Below are positions 1-11,901 of a DNA stretch of 64,000 nucleotides, piece by piece. Positions within the stretch are counted from its first letter, which is position 1. Each line of letters opens with the position of its first letter. A program made the position numbers and the translations under genes. This DNA comes from Psilocybe cubensis. Taxonomy: Eukaryota. The notes below the pieces were generated by a model, which was given only the letters and a program-made list of their open reading frames with translations, did no database searches and had not been told where the DNA came from. Location of the stretch: positions 2,480,001-2,544,000 of the forward strand of contig CM039000.1 in the NCBI GenBank assembly GCA_017499595.2, written 5' to 3'.

Positions 1-88
1 TAGATGTTAGTACCTCACGCAGGATTTGTTACATTATCATCGTTTTTTAGTGTGACTGACGCCAATCGATGCTGTGCGTCTTATTAGC

Positions 89-978
89 TCTTGGTCTTGC
101 TCTAGCGAAGCATGATCGTCTCCTGGTGTACGGAGGAGGGTCCAAAGGCATTATGGGTGTAGTTTCTGGCGCAGTTTTAGAAGGGGGTGGCAAGGTGCTC
201 GGCGTCATCCCTCATGCCATGGTTGCTGCAGGCGGCGAGGATGAGAAAGTCCAAAGTACAACTAAAGTCTATCTTAACGAAGCTGGACGAGAAAAGGTAC
301 TTACAGAGGGATGATTGTGGAGATTTTAGAAACATAAATGATTGAGCTGATGTTTATTCAACTCAGGTTGAAAATGTAAGCAGCGTCGCATTCACCGATG
401 TGATCTTGATTGTATTGAGAATAACATTATGTTCGGTGTAGATCGTTGTGGAAACCATGCACGAACGTAAGGTGGAAATGGCTCAACGTGCTGATGGTTT
501 TGTCGGCTTACCGGGGGGATTTGGTACATTCGAAGAGGTAGCGTGCATTTCAAAATTGCTTCGAGCTCTCTGTTTTTGAAAATTTTTCTGCATTCTAACG
601 AATTTTTGCCTCAGGTATTGGAGGTCACCACCTGGTCTCAATTAGGGATTCACGATAAACGTGAGTGTTTTGTGATCTTTTGGCAATTGTCCGTGTTGTC
701 TAATGCAGCTCTATTATATGGCAGCTGTCGTCTTAATCAATGTCCTTTCCTTTTGGGAACCATTACGCACACTCATCAAAAGCAGTATAGACGCTGGATT
801 TATAAAACCCTCAAGTGAAAGGTTGATCCAATTCATCGATGGTCCAGAAAACCACGAAGAACACGAATCTTTTGATTGGGGTACAGCGGCGATAGAGGCC
901 CTAGACAACTGGGAGAAAGGGCGTGGCGATCCTCTTTTTGTGTGGTCAGGTGAAAGGACCACATACACCCGCACCTAA
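89..978 (+). CDS. LOG-family nucleotide 5'-monophosphate phosphoribohydrolase (lysine-decarboxylase-like fold); 5' end lies upstream of the window
   Basis: Spliced exons give [12 protein letters not shown]...[41 protein letters not shown], which includes the LOG PGGxGT motif. Canonical GT-AG introns; 9-nt exon at 367-375. Confidence 0.9.
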
Positions 979-1100
979 AAACAAGGAATCATGCAGTTTT
1001 CACATTTTTTTGAATTTGTGTAGATTTGACAACGAGATCTTATCAACGCAATATATAAATGTATCGACTGCTTACTCGTTTTGGTAAGAAAGAAAAGCTT

Positions 1101-2782
1101 CTATGCCACCGTGACTCCGCTCTGGCTTTTACCCATTGTGGGGGATATTTTGCGGGAGGAATCCATGAATTTTCTGACCTCTTCCTCAGTAATTTTTGCT
1201 CGGCGCTTTAACAATGAGCGCAGAGTGAGTCAAACACACAACAATCAATCAAGGTTGAGATACAATTACCTCTTGGAAATCGGCTACAAAGGTTTGAAGT
1301 ACTTTGATACATTTCGCCTTCAGCTGACCCGTTAACAGAGTACCTGCTCTATAATCCTAAAAAACATGTCAGGTCGAACGTCGTTCTCAAGAAAAAAAAC
1401 CTAACACCAACCTTTCCAATTTGCTCAAGTTCATCATCATTTTCTAAAAAGAAAGTTAGGTACTGATATGCAACATCAACTTCAGTATCGCCTCCCAGCA
1501 GTCGATGTTCCTCTTCAGTCTCTTTTCCACCCGAAAATCCGTGTTTGTTAATTTTGTTTTTGATCTGATTTGCCTTGTCTGTCATGAAGATACTACTGTT
1601 GGGGTCACTGGCACTCATTTTTGTCTGAGGGCCTTGGAGGGCAGGGAAGAACTTGGAGTGAAGGAGAGCGGGCTTGGGGTGTTTCAATTTACTGGCGATA
1701 TCGCGCGTCAGCCTAAAGTATGGATCCTGATCAATCGCACAAGGAATAAGACACGGAATATCGGAGGAGGTGCCGAAAATTTGAGGGAACGTTGTCGAAA
1801 ACGAAGGAGCAGCCTGAATTGCTGCGAAGTGGACTTTCCCGATGTTATCTCTGGGAAGGCGATTTAGGCGTAATGGACAAAGATATTCACTATAAGGCCT
1901 ACGATTCTGTGAACCCAAATGTTGCTTTGACCTGATTATAGGTAATTTGTCTGGATATTCTCGAGACATTTTGATAGAATGCTCCTCCCATAAATTCGTA
2001 GTTGCTGAAGATGAACGTCCGATCAAGATCAAAGCCACATGCGATGATGTCGCGTGCATTCTGTTTGGAGAATAGTTTGGTTTGCTCAGGTTTGAGTTCA
2101 TGCTTGAAAAGGAACTTTTCATCGTCTGAGAAAACAAAAATCAGATCACTCTCGATGATGAGATAAAGTAGGATCTATACCTGTGAGTTGAATCACGATG
2201 GGAACATTAAAAACATCCTGTAGCCATCTACAAATTTTAGTCCATGACCACATGGTAGGCAGGCAGTTGAATGAGATACTTTGAAAAAACGAAAGGTATC
2301 ATGTGCCCAAGATGCATACTATCACTACTTGGACCTCGTCCTGTATACAAATAAAAGGGTTTTCCTTGTTCATATCTATCGAGTATTCTGTCAAATTCTC
2401 TGCACCAAATTGAGCAATACAGACAATTTCAGTATACTAGATCAACGTACCTGTGAGAGAAGAACATTCCTCGTCTCAGGAAAACATGAGGGCGGCGACC
2501 AGTCAATTTTTCAAAACGCTCAAGCAGTTTAGCATCAACCCTTCGGGTTCCGAACTGATCAACGAGCTTGTCGTAGTCAATGGCTTGTTGCTTGCCATCA
2601 CTGGATACGCCACCTTGGACGTCCCAAGGAGTGACAATCTGATCATGAACGGCTGCTTGCACTGCCTGGTCATCTGAGGCACTGCTTTGAACAAGTTGTC
2701 ACTGAAAATGGGCAGTTATAGGTACGGATAAAGCTTACAGTGATACTTGGGCGAGGGAATCAGTGGGTGGTTGTGCCGACAT
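1101..2782 (-). CDS. WRS1: Cytoplasmic tryptophanyl-tRNA synthetase
   Basis: [47 protein letters not shown] and KMSAS motifs; all introns GT-AG. Confidence 0.96.
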
Positions 2783-3073
2783 GTGAAGAGACTGAAGGTA
2801 AATGGAATGGATGGAGCTAAAAGGCCGAGTCAGTTGTAGTTTAGAGGCTCTGTTATCTTAATCTTATCAGCAAAGTTGGGATCTTTGTATGATTGATTAT
2901 GATCAGCCAATCAAGGACAATCAAGACCAAGCAATCGTGAGAAAGAAAGACCAGCTTTGAGCTTTGAGCCTCATTGTACCTTTGGACTCGCGTTCCTTCC
3001 ATCCTCTTCCTCGATATTACACCTCGACTGCTTTCTATTTCAGTTAAGAATCTCTCTGAACAGTCAAACACAC

Positions 3074-6000
3074 ATGGCGACCCCCAGACTTCATCCTCAT
3101 CATTCCTTACCTGCCCCTGTGGTTCATGCAACATTTTCTCTCCCCCAGTCTAAATCTCATGTCTTGGCTGGCGTCCAGGACGCGTATTGGAGCGACGATG
3201 AAGCAGTAAGAAGATAAATTCTATTCATTATCATGGTCACCTACTAATAGTACAATCGAATACATTGAAGGAAGATGCGGAATGCCCCCTCTGCCTTGAA
3301 GAAATGGATATATCCGATCTCAATTTTAAACCTTGCATATGCGGGTACCAGGTAAAAAATATGTTTTTTGCAGTTGAAATATTAATCGCCCTTACTCGAA
3401 CTTAAAGATTTGTCGATTCTGCTGGCACCATATCAAAGAGAATTTGAACAAAAGGTGCCCTGCATGTCGTCGAATCTACACAGACGATGCCGTCGAGTTT
3501 AAACCGATTGCCACGCAAGAGTTAGTCCCCAGATAGCATTGATTAGTGCTTTGATTTGGTTTGCGAAACTCTGACACCTTTTTCTTCATTTCAATGTAGC
3601 CATAAACGTCTTACTCAGCAAAAGAAACAAAGGGATCGCGAAAGGAAAGATCTTGAGGCATTGGGCAGGCGACATCTTGCCAATGTTCGAGTTGTTCAGA
3701 GGAATGTTGTCTACGTTGTCGGTATTGGTCCTCGCTTTGCAAAGGAAGAAGTAAGAAATATATTAAATATCATTCATATATGGATTTTTGATGATGTATC
3801 CAGCTGATTCCTACCCTACGCTCAAACGAATACTTCGGTCAATATGGCAAAATTACCAAGATTTTGCTGGTAAAACGTAATTCTCCTGGGGGTGGCGGGC
3901 CTGTTGTTGGTTTGTACATCACATATCACCGGCGAGAAGATGCCGCCCGTGCCATAAGTGCCGTAGATGGAACCCCATCACCTGGTGGCGGTCGTGAAGT
4001 TATGAGAGCCAGTTATGGGACAACAAAGTATTGCATGGCCTTCCTTCGTGGAGTTACTTGCAGCGACCACAGCTGTATGAATCTCCACGAATGGGGTGAT
4101 GAAAAAGACTGCTTTACAAAGGAGGACTTAACGACTTTGTATGTTCCAGCTTGCTGATTTTGTCATGGGTTTTAATTGTGTCACAGAAAGCACACTATGA
4201 AGGCTACGGAAAGTAGGAGTCGGACGGTCACAACAAAAAAGGGTGAAGAAGACGGTATGCTCCAGACAATATCACCTATATGAGTAAACTCACTCCTCCC
4301 CTAGCTGGCCTACCTCGTGCTGCTTCATGGGCACAAAAGGGATCTAATGTGGCCTCATCCTCTACGGGATCGAATGTCAGTACGATTACTTCTCTTGCAA
4401 ATACAGTTTCCGTCACGTCTCGGCAGACTCGACGGACTGGAACTATGCGGCCCGTTCGTAGTGTTGCTAATGCACCTACGCTTATTCCGGAGTCCAAAGT
4501 AACCCAATCAAAACCTGTACCTACCAAGGCCTCCCAACCTCCAGCATCTCGCCCATCTACACCTGCAACAGCCGATCCTATTCGTATACAAAGTAGCAAT
4601 GAAGTAAAAGGAACTAAACAGCAGAAAGATGCAACACCCGTATCCCAAGTACCTGAAACTCCTTCACCATCTCCTGCCAATGCATCGGAAACAGGTCCCG
4701 CTTCACAAGAACCAACCTCTTCAATTCCTAATAGACCACAGTCTACTGATTCATCTAACTCGACTACTGTGCGCCCACCAACCTCCAAGTTGACTAATTC
4801 GTTACTGGCGCCGCCAGGTCTTCCAGTGCCACCTGGTTTACCGGTCCCTCACGGGCTATCTGCTCCTCCAGGTATCTCTACTCCAAGTAGGCCTCCTCGT
4901 GCAGAAACAGCATCACCTCAAACACCATTACTTGCGTCGCAAACTTCGTATCAAATGTCAACAGCAGCTAGGGCACTGCTCGATGATGTCAAGGCAAGGA
5001 GAGAATCAGTGTTGCCACCAGGTTTGGGCTTTAGTCCTTTCCCAGACTTCGATCGTACTTTGCAAACTTTGAGTGGCGAAGACGGTGGTTTTAGCTTCAA
5101 TTTTGATCCCAAGTTAGCAGACGCAGTAGAGTCGGCTGAACAAACTGACTTTGGTGCTATGCCTTTCCATGGATCCTTTATTGACGCTTTCCCCGCCCTG
5201 CGCGCGGGTTCGCCATTTATGCGCTCTCCTTCCTCCGGTGTTTCGAATAATTTGAATCATCCGATATACGACCACTCGGCCTCTCGAACAGCTTCTGATA
5301 AACAAAATATCAGAGGAACTAGTTATCTTGGATCATTCAACCCTTTTTCAGAACTTTCGATTGACGGATCGTCGCCTGTGTCATCATCACCTTTACAACG
5401 ACCCCAACACTCTCCTGTTGAGGAGGAACGCAAAGTTTCCCGCTTTGGATTTGCTCGGGGCCGCCAGAGTTCAACGGCAACTTCTTCACCTTTGCATTCG
5501 ATGTCTCCTCTAAGCTATCACAATGACATACACCCTTTCGAACACCTCAATGAAGAACACAATGGTGGACATGTTTGGCATCCCGGTTTACATGATCTAA
5601 ATCTTGTGACTGTTCCTCAGGGGTTGGCGATTCAATCTCAGTCCGCTTTTGCGCAACAGCATGAACCATTACAACATATAAATGGTGATTTAAGCGAGGC
5701 ACAGTTGCGAAGCTTTATATTGTCAAGTCAGGATAAAGAGCATAGTATCAACAACGCAAGGAACACACTAGGTAAGTGTCCCCTTTCGATCAATAGTTGT
5801 ACCATTCTGATGATATGTGTTAGACTCTCATCTGCAGTTTAAATCTCATCAGACATTTGAAGATCCTGCCATCATGTCTGCTAGTTTTGTTGCACCCATG
5901 AACGATCGCTTGTTTGCTTCCGCAGGATATGGGCCTCCTCCAGGACTTCCGGTTCCCCCTAGATTGTCGCCCTCCCCAGCCAAATTGCAACAAATGGATG

Positions 6001-7786
6001 GACGCAACATCGGAACTCATGGTGAGTCCTTTTTTTTAAATCTCAAGGGGAGGGAGGCCAGTGTACCAAGTGCCGTGCTTTCTCAGTGCGGAATTTCTAC
6101 CATCGTCAATGATATACCACGGAACTTTTTTCGCCGTCGCCCGTTTCTCTGAACTCGCTGCGCCCAGTCAACAAGAATTTATCTCAACCTCCTCGTTTCT
6201 CCCTCCCCTTTCTCGGTGTAGTGTTGTCGTGTAATGTACAACGCTGATATTCACTTTGCTTTGGCGGTTTAGCCTCTGCCAATTCTTTCGCCCCTGTGAT
6301 ATTGTCTTCGGAGGACTTTCCAGCACTGACGCCGAGTACCTCTGATCCGGTGTCCAACTTAAATCCCCAACCTCACACCGATCACATTATTGCCCCACAA
6401 TCTTCACTACCTCCGGTTCTAAGCACCAAAGAGCAGGAAAAGGTTGAAAGAAAGGCTGCAAAGAAGGCTGCCGCCGCCGAAAAGGCTCTCGAAAGGCAAA
6501 AGATTGCAAACGAAAAGGCGGAAGCAAAAGCAGCGGAGAAAGCAAAATTGGCAAAGGAAAAGGCGGCAGAGAAGGAGAGGGCAGTACAATTACCTAAATT
6601 GCATCAAGTTGATAATCAAAAGGAAGACGATGTGTCCTCCATCGCTACTGACAATCGTTCCAGCACCCCTACCACGCCAGTTGAAAAACCTAAGGCTGTT
6701 CGTCAGCAACAGTCGCTCGACAAACTTCCATTGACCAGGCGTGCGAGCCATAAAGGATCGGAGGGTTCTTTGGCAGCAAAGCGCCAGGAATTGGCGAAAT
6801 CTGCTATGAGGATTAGCGTTACAAAATCATTCGAGCCGCCAGTCCCTGACATTCCTTCGCAAGACCCCATTTTATCGAAGAAACCGAAGAAGAACAAACC
6901 TGTTGTTAAATTAGCGAAAACCCCCAAAGAGGAGGACACCCAAGAGGAACAGAGCCTGCCGATTGCTACAGATGCTTCTCGAGGACCTAGAATACCATTG
7001 GGTTCTTCCAATTCCAGGTCTGAATCGGTAGACAGGTCACAGGGCCCCACGTCTGTGCGAGAATTATTGGCACAAATTGATGCTACTAGCCCTGGAATCG
7101 ATCTGGCTAGTAATCCTTTCTTTGATGTCCAGAGGCTCGTCTCTCCAGCCAGGATGCCGCTTGAATATGGACCTCTAGTGCATGCACTGTCTGCACTTTC
7201 GGTTGGAGGAGGGTCCTTCGCAAATAACATGCCCTCCGGGTCCATTGACAATGCAGTTTCATCTTTCCAGCAACTGCTTGAGACTCTCACGCAAACTATC
7301 TCTGACCTGCTACGACTTCTGCCTCGTACGACTTGGGACGATAGTTCTTCTTTCGATGGTGTCTTACGGGACATGCTCAAAGGTGATGACTTTCTTGACG
7401 ATGGAGAAGATGGTCCTGGCCGAGAAGATGAAGTTGCTGTACTCACTTTAGCCCTGGAACGTCGCGCGCGCTGGATGGAAGTTCAATTGTCGAAACTAGA
7501 AGAACTTCATCGTGACATCAATACCGCCGCTGTTAGAGCTGTCTTATCTTTCAATGATAATGGTTGGGATAAGCACTCTTTCTTGCCTCGGGTTGGGGAA
7601 ACCTTGCTTCGTTTCGATAAGGTTGGCACAATCGAGGAAAACGGTCAAATCCGGCCAATGACAGCGGACGAGTTGGACAAGAAGCTATTTGTAGCTAAAG
7701 AAGCCGCTGTTTTCGTCGAGACAGAATTGCGCGAGACGATGAATAAGTTTCAAAACATGACGATACATAATCAAGATAGTATGTAG
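3074..7786 (+). CDS. NOT4: CCR4-NOT E3 ubiquitin ligase subunit Not4 (RING, RRM, zinc finger) with long low-complexity C-terminus
   Basis: ECPLCLEEMDISDLNFKPCICGYQICRFCWHHI RING; LANVRVVQRNVVYVVG RRM; ASYGTTKYC...CMNLHE. Joining to the 6296-7786 ORF is inferred through a 251-nt intron. Confidence 0.9.
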
Positions 7787-8419
7787 CATGGGAAATGGTA
7801 CTGTTGTAGACTCGAGAGCACAAATATGTTATATGCTGTACTACCTTAATGTTCATTTATTTCGAAGCATTCCTTATTCAATGAGAGTGCACAACCGAAT
7901 CTATCTACGTTCCTCATTTCCTGACATGTCTCAGTCGCTTTTTCACTTTTCAAATATACATCTTCTCAAGTCAAATTTCACCTAAATAATATTATGAGGC
8001 TTGTTCCTGCGGTTTTCACTGCCTTTGTTTCCGCGCACAAGCTCTCCAAAGCGCTCTCGTCGCTTACTGCCCTCATTTTCGCTCTTATCGTGACCCTCCT
8101 CCTCCTCCTCTTTGCTTCTTTTCTCACTGTTTGGTACCGCAACCGTTGGGCAGCGGACGTTCATTTCAATATCCACGCGGTTGGATCCTTAACGCTCTTC
8201 TCCTTTTCTCTCTCTTCGCGTTTTGTTAATTCGACTTTTCCCTCTCGTCGGTTTTCAAGCTCGATCGTGTAAGCATTCACAGAATTCTCCCTGGGCTTAC
8301 TTGTGACCCTTCCCTTTCATATCTCCTCTGGTTCCTTTTTATTATATCTAGATATTTATTACGAGCGATATAACTTATCGCTGGGCTATAAAGTATACAA
8401 TTTATTTATTGCCAACAGA

Positions 8420-11400
8420 TTATTTCTTACTACGGTCATCATTTGGGTATAACTTTCGGAAAGGCGTTAGCTTTGAGTTTAGGTGTTAGTTTGTGCTTTC
8501 TTACTTTACCAGGATTCATGATATTCAAGGGATCGATTGCCTTCTTGATTGTTTTCATTAAGTTGACTGTATTTATCCCTAACTCTTCTTCGAGATATTC
8601 CTTTTTTCCAAGACCTACACCATGTTCACCAGTACCTAGGAAATGTATAGTCAGTGAAGATTGACCCTGGAAGAACTTTGCAAACTTACAAGTTCCATCC
8701 AGAGCAATTGCGCGATGGACAAGACGGTGTACAGCTCCACTGGTCGCATCGAACTCTGTATTTTCATCGAAGAGAATGAACGAATGGAAATTGCCATCGC
8801 CCACATGTCCGACAATGGTATTGATCAATTTAGAGTTATTGAGATCTTTTTTGGTTTCGTAGACCAGCTCTGGCAAGCGTGAAACGGGAACACTAAGATG
8901 ATCATAAGTTACTAAAAATTAGAAATGAGATGTTATTTTGCTTTACCACACGTCAGTCGTCCAACAACGTTTTCCTGGATGGGCTCCAATGCTTGACATT
9001 AAGGCATATTTGCGGCTTTCCCAGAGTTCCTCGGCCTCCTGCTCTGTCTTTGCGAATATGAATTGACTGCTACCATGGTTGTTGACAATTTTCTCGACAA
9101 CTTTAGAGGCCTGCTTGATTGATTGATCGTCTCCTTGGATCTTGAAAAAGAGCGTGTCTTTTACAGGATAGGGCTTATCAACTAACCCTGCAGAGTTGAT
9201 GGTAGCCATCACTGGAATGAAAACCTCAATCAAAACTTTCAGTCAATGAACTTTCTCTGCTTACTATTATCATCCAAGAGCTCGACGCATTCTGATGACA
9301 GCGTCAGATTATAAAAATCTTTCCGAATAGATCAACTCTTTACGTATATGAGGACCGTAGGGTGAATTCAAGATAAGATTGGGCTCATCAGAAACCAGCA
9401 CCCTTACGTAATCAATGGGCTTGGCGCCAAGAGCGGCCAAAATCCAGCTCGAAAAAAAAATCAAAAGTTATGTTGACGGAAAATGGTTTCAGACAAAAAG
9501 TTTAAAAAAAAAAAATTCATAAATGTGCATATACAATCCTTACTACTAGCCTTTATGCCCACAATAATAGAATTACACCTCAGAGGTCAAATTGTAGTCT
9601 CTGGAAGTCCATAATGAGTCTGAGAGGTATTACTTAGGCGTGACTTATTGTCACGTGTGGTCACGTGTACCATTATATAAGCGGCCAAAAGAACATTGTC
9701 AAATTTTCGAAAATCTCCCAAACTCGAGAAAACACCATTTCTGACGTGTTAGACTAAAAAAAAAGGAAAAAAATTAAAATCTTTATAACTTCTTGAGATC
9801 AAAATTTTTTTGAAAAAAAAAACCACAGATGTGTTCAAAGAAGCATAACCTACATATCTGTGGTTCAAAAATGTAGAATAGTGTGAGTGCAGAAGGGTTG
9901 AAAAGGTTCGGAGGTAAGCCAACTTTTGCTTACCTAAGGGGGTGCTGGTTCCTGATGAGCCCAATCTTATCTTGAACGGCACTAACGGCTTTCTGAACAT
10001 TTGGAAATTGCGCCATGGCAACTCGGGTCGGAAGAACAGGGGCCAGACGTAAAGTGGCTAATTTTGATGGAATAAGATAAAAATGATTGTTATCATTTCA
10101 TTTGACATTTCAACACACCTTCAGTTACAATACCCAGCGTGCCTTCTGCACCTACAAAAAGCTTTGTAGTGTCAAACCCTGAAGCAGATTTTCTGGCGCG
10201 CCTTTTTGTTTTGATAATCTCGCCGTTAGGAAGGACAACAGTCTTTAAAACCAGCATGAGAATTATGAGGTTAGGTTAAGCGCCAGAAATTGCTTACTAA
10301 ATTTAGAAACCATTCTGCCCTGGCAGTTCCATAACGAACAGCATTTGCTATTCGTCCAGGAGTCGATACTTCGTTATTATTGAGACAAAGCTAAGAAACT
10401 TACTGCCGCTACATCCAGTTCCTACCATGCCACCGATTGTCTGCAAACAAAGAGTAGGAGCGCTGAGACAAATTTCAATTTACCAAAGAAAATAAAACGA
10501 ACTGCACCAGGCCCGGGGTCTAGCTGTACAAAATAACACTCACTGGTCCTTCATACTCACACAAAGGACATACGTACCGGAAAAAACAATGGAATACCAC
10601 GTTCTTTAAGAGTTTGATTGATATCCTCCCATCGAGTACCAGCCTGGCATATAAGATCCGAATCGTCGACTGGACGGTACGGTCAAGAAATGAGATTAAA
10701 GTTTTGGTACTAGCGTATGTACCATTAATGGCCAAGATTTTATCCATGGCCGACAGATCAACGCAGATACTGCCAGTGGGGTACTGAATCGAAACATTTC
10801 AGAAATAAGATATAAGTGAACGAAATATCGACAGTAGTGAATAAGGTGTACCCCAGAGAAATGACCTTCAAGACTTGTGGCGCCGCTATAAGGTGTTATA
10901 GGAACGCGGAAATTTCGAGCGATGTTGACAATTTGCACAACATCTGCGGTAGATTGGGGCCGAACCTTGAAATACACGTAAGATTTATCAGTATGGTAGG
11001 GAAAGAATCAGGAAGCATAGACATACTATCACAGAATGGGGCAACGCTGGATGATACGAATTTTCAGAAGATCCATAAGTTTTTAGCACATCTGGATCTG
11101 TGACTACAGCTTGCGCCCGAGGAAATATTTGACGCAGTTGTTCGATGGCGCACTCCAGCTCTTCTGGTGAAGCATAGGATAAATTCAGATCCTCAGTGTC
11201 TGGTGATGCTGAAGATCTTTGTGACTACGGTAGAAGACGCGGATGGAATGATTCAATGGGGAACGTTCACCAGGACGGTTGACTACGACAATAAATCTTA
11301 CAATTAAGTGACTTGTCCCAAGAAATATGGCAGAGTAAAGCACAGCCTGCAGAAATACGCGAGTGCCTTGAGAGCCGGAGAAGGAGTTCGACCAGGGAGA

Positions 11401-11550
11401 GTATCGCAGGTAGGGAGCGCCAGATTGTGAATATATTCCGAACTTCTGAGCTGATATAAAGATAGGGGAGACCCGGGGGGATGATTTTATGATCCTTGTT
11501 GAAAGGAACCTAGAGACATATAAGTATCTTTCAATGAGACGACTCATCAT
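8420..11550 (-). CDS. DLD1: FAD-linked D-lactate dehydrogenase (cytochrome), mitochondrial, interrupted by a MITE in a coding exon
   Basis: [79 protein letters not shown]. Frame appears intact apart from the insertion at 9376-9967. Confidence 0.9.
9376..9967. mobile_element. Non-autonomous DNA transposon (MITE), 592 bp, TA target-site duplication (Tc1/mariner-like)
   Basis: TIRs AGATTGGGCTCATCAG(A/G)AACCAGCACCC match at 27/28 and extend to about 36 nt with a 2-nt indel and one more mismatch. TA at 9374-75 and 9968-69. Removing element plus one TA restores ...[16 protein letters not shown]-rich interior with no transposase ORF. Confidence 0.93.
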
Positions 11551-11901
11551 CCAGTAGGGTGAAGATTTGAAGCAGGGGGCGAAGACTGATATTTATATTA
11601 CGTGCACGGTTAAATAATTTGTGGCAGATAATGAATATATTGTCTAAACATTCTGTGCGTAAGATGCCAAATATAGTAACTTGTTTGCATAATGCTCACA
11701 TGTACACACAAAATTTTCTATAATCCTTCTACGTTTAAGCCAAATTGGACTAAGTAATTGGAGAGTATAAGTATTTATTTATTAATTTTAAATAATTTCT
11801 GCCATGTCAATCCAGAGCAAACTCTGGTATACTATCTGCCCTTTCTTTCAAGTTCTATCATATTTCTTTAGACTGGACAGCCAAGTTTTCTTTCACAGTC
11901 C

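Noticed and set aside
7982-8320. Purine-rich minus-strand ORF and hydrophobic plus-strand ORF between NOT4 and DLD1
   Set aside because: No consistent spliced model or recognisable motif; the composition is explained by low complexity.
9749-10021. 90-aa ORF running into the MITE
   Set aside because: Off-frame read across the DLD1 exon and AT-rich element; no transposase features.
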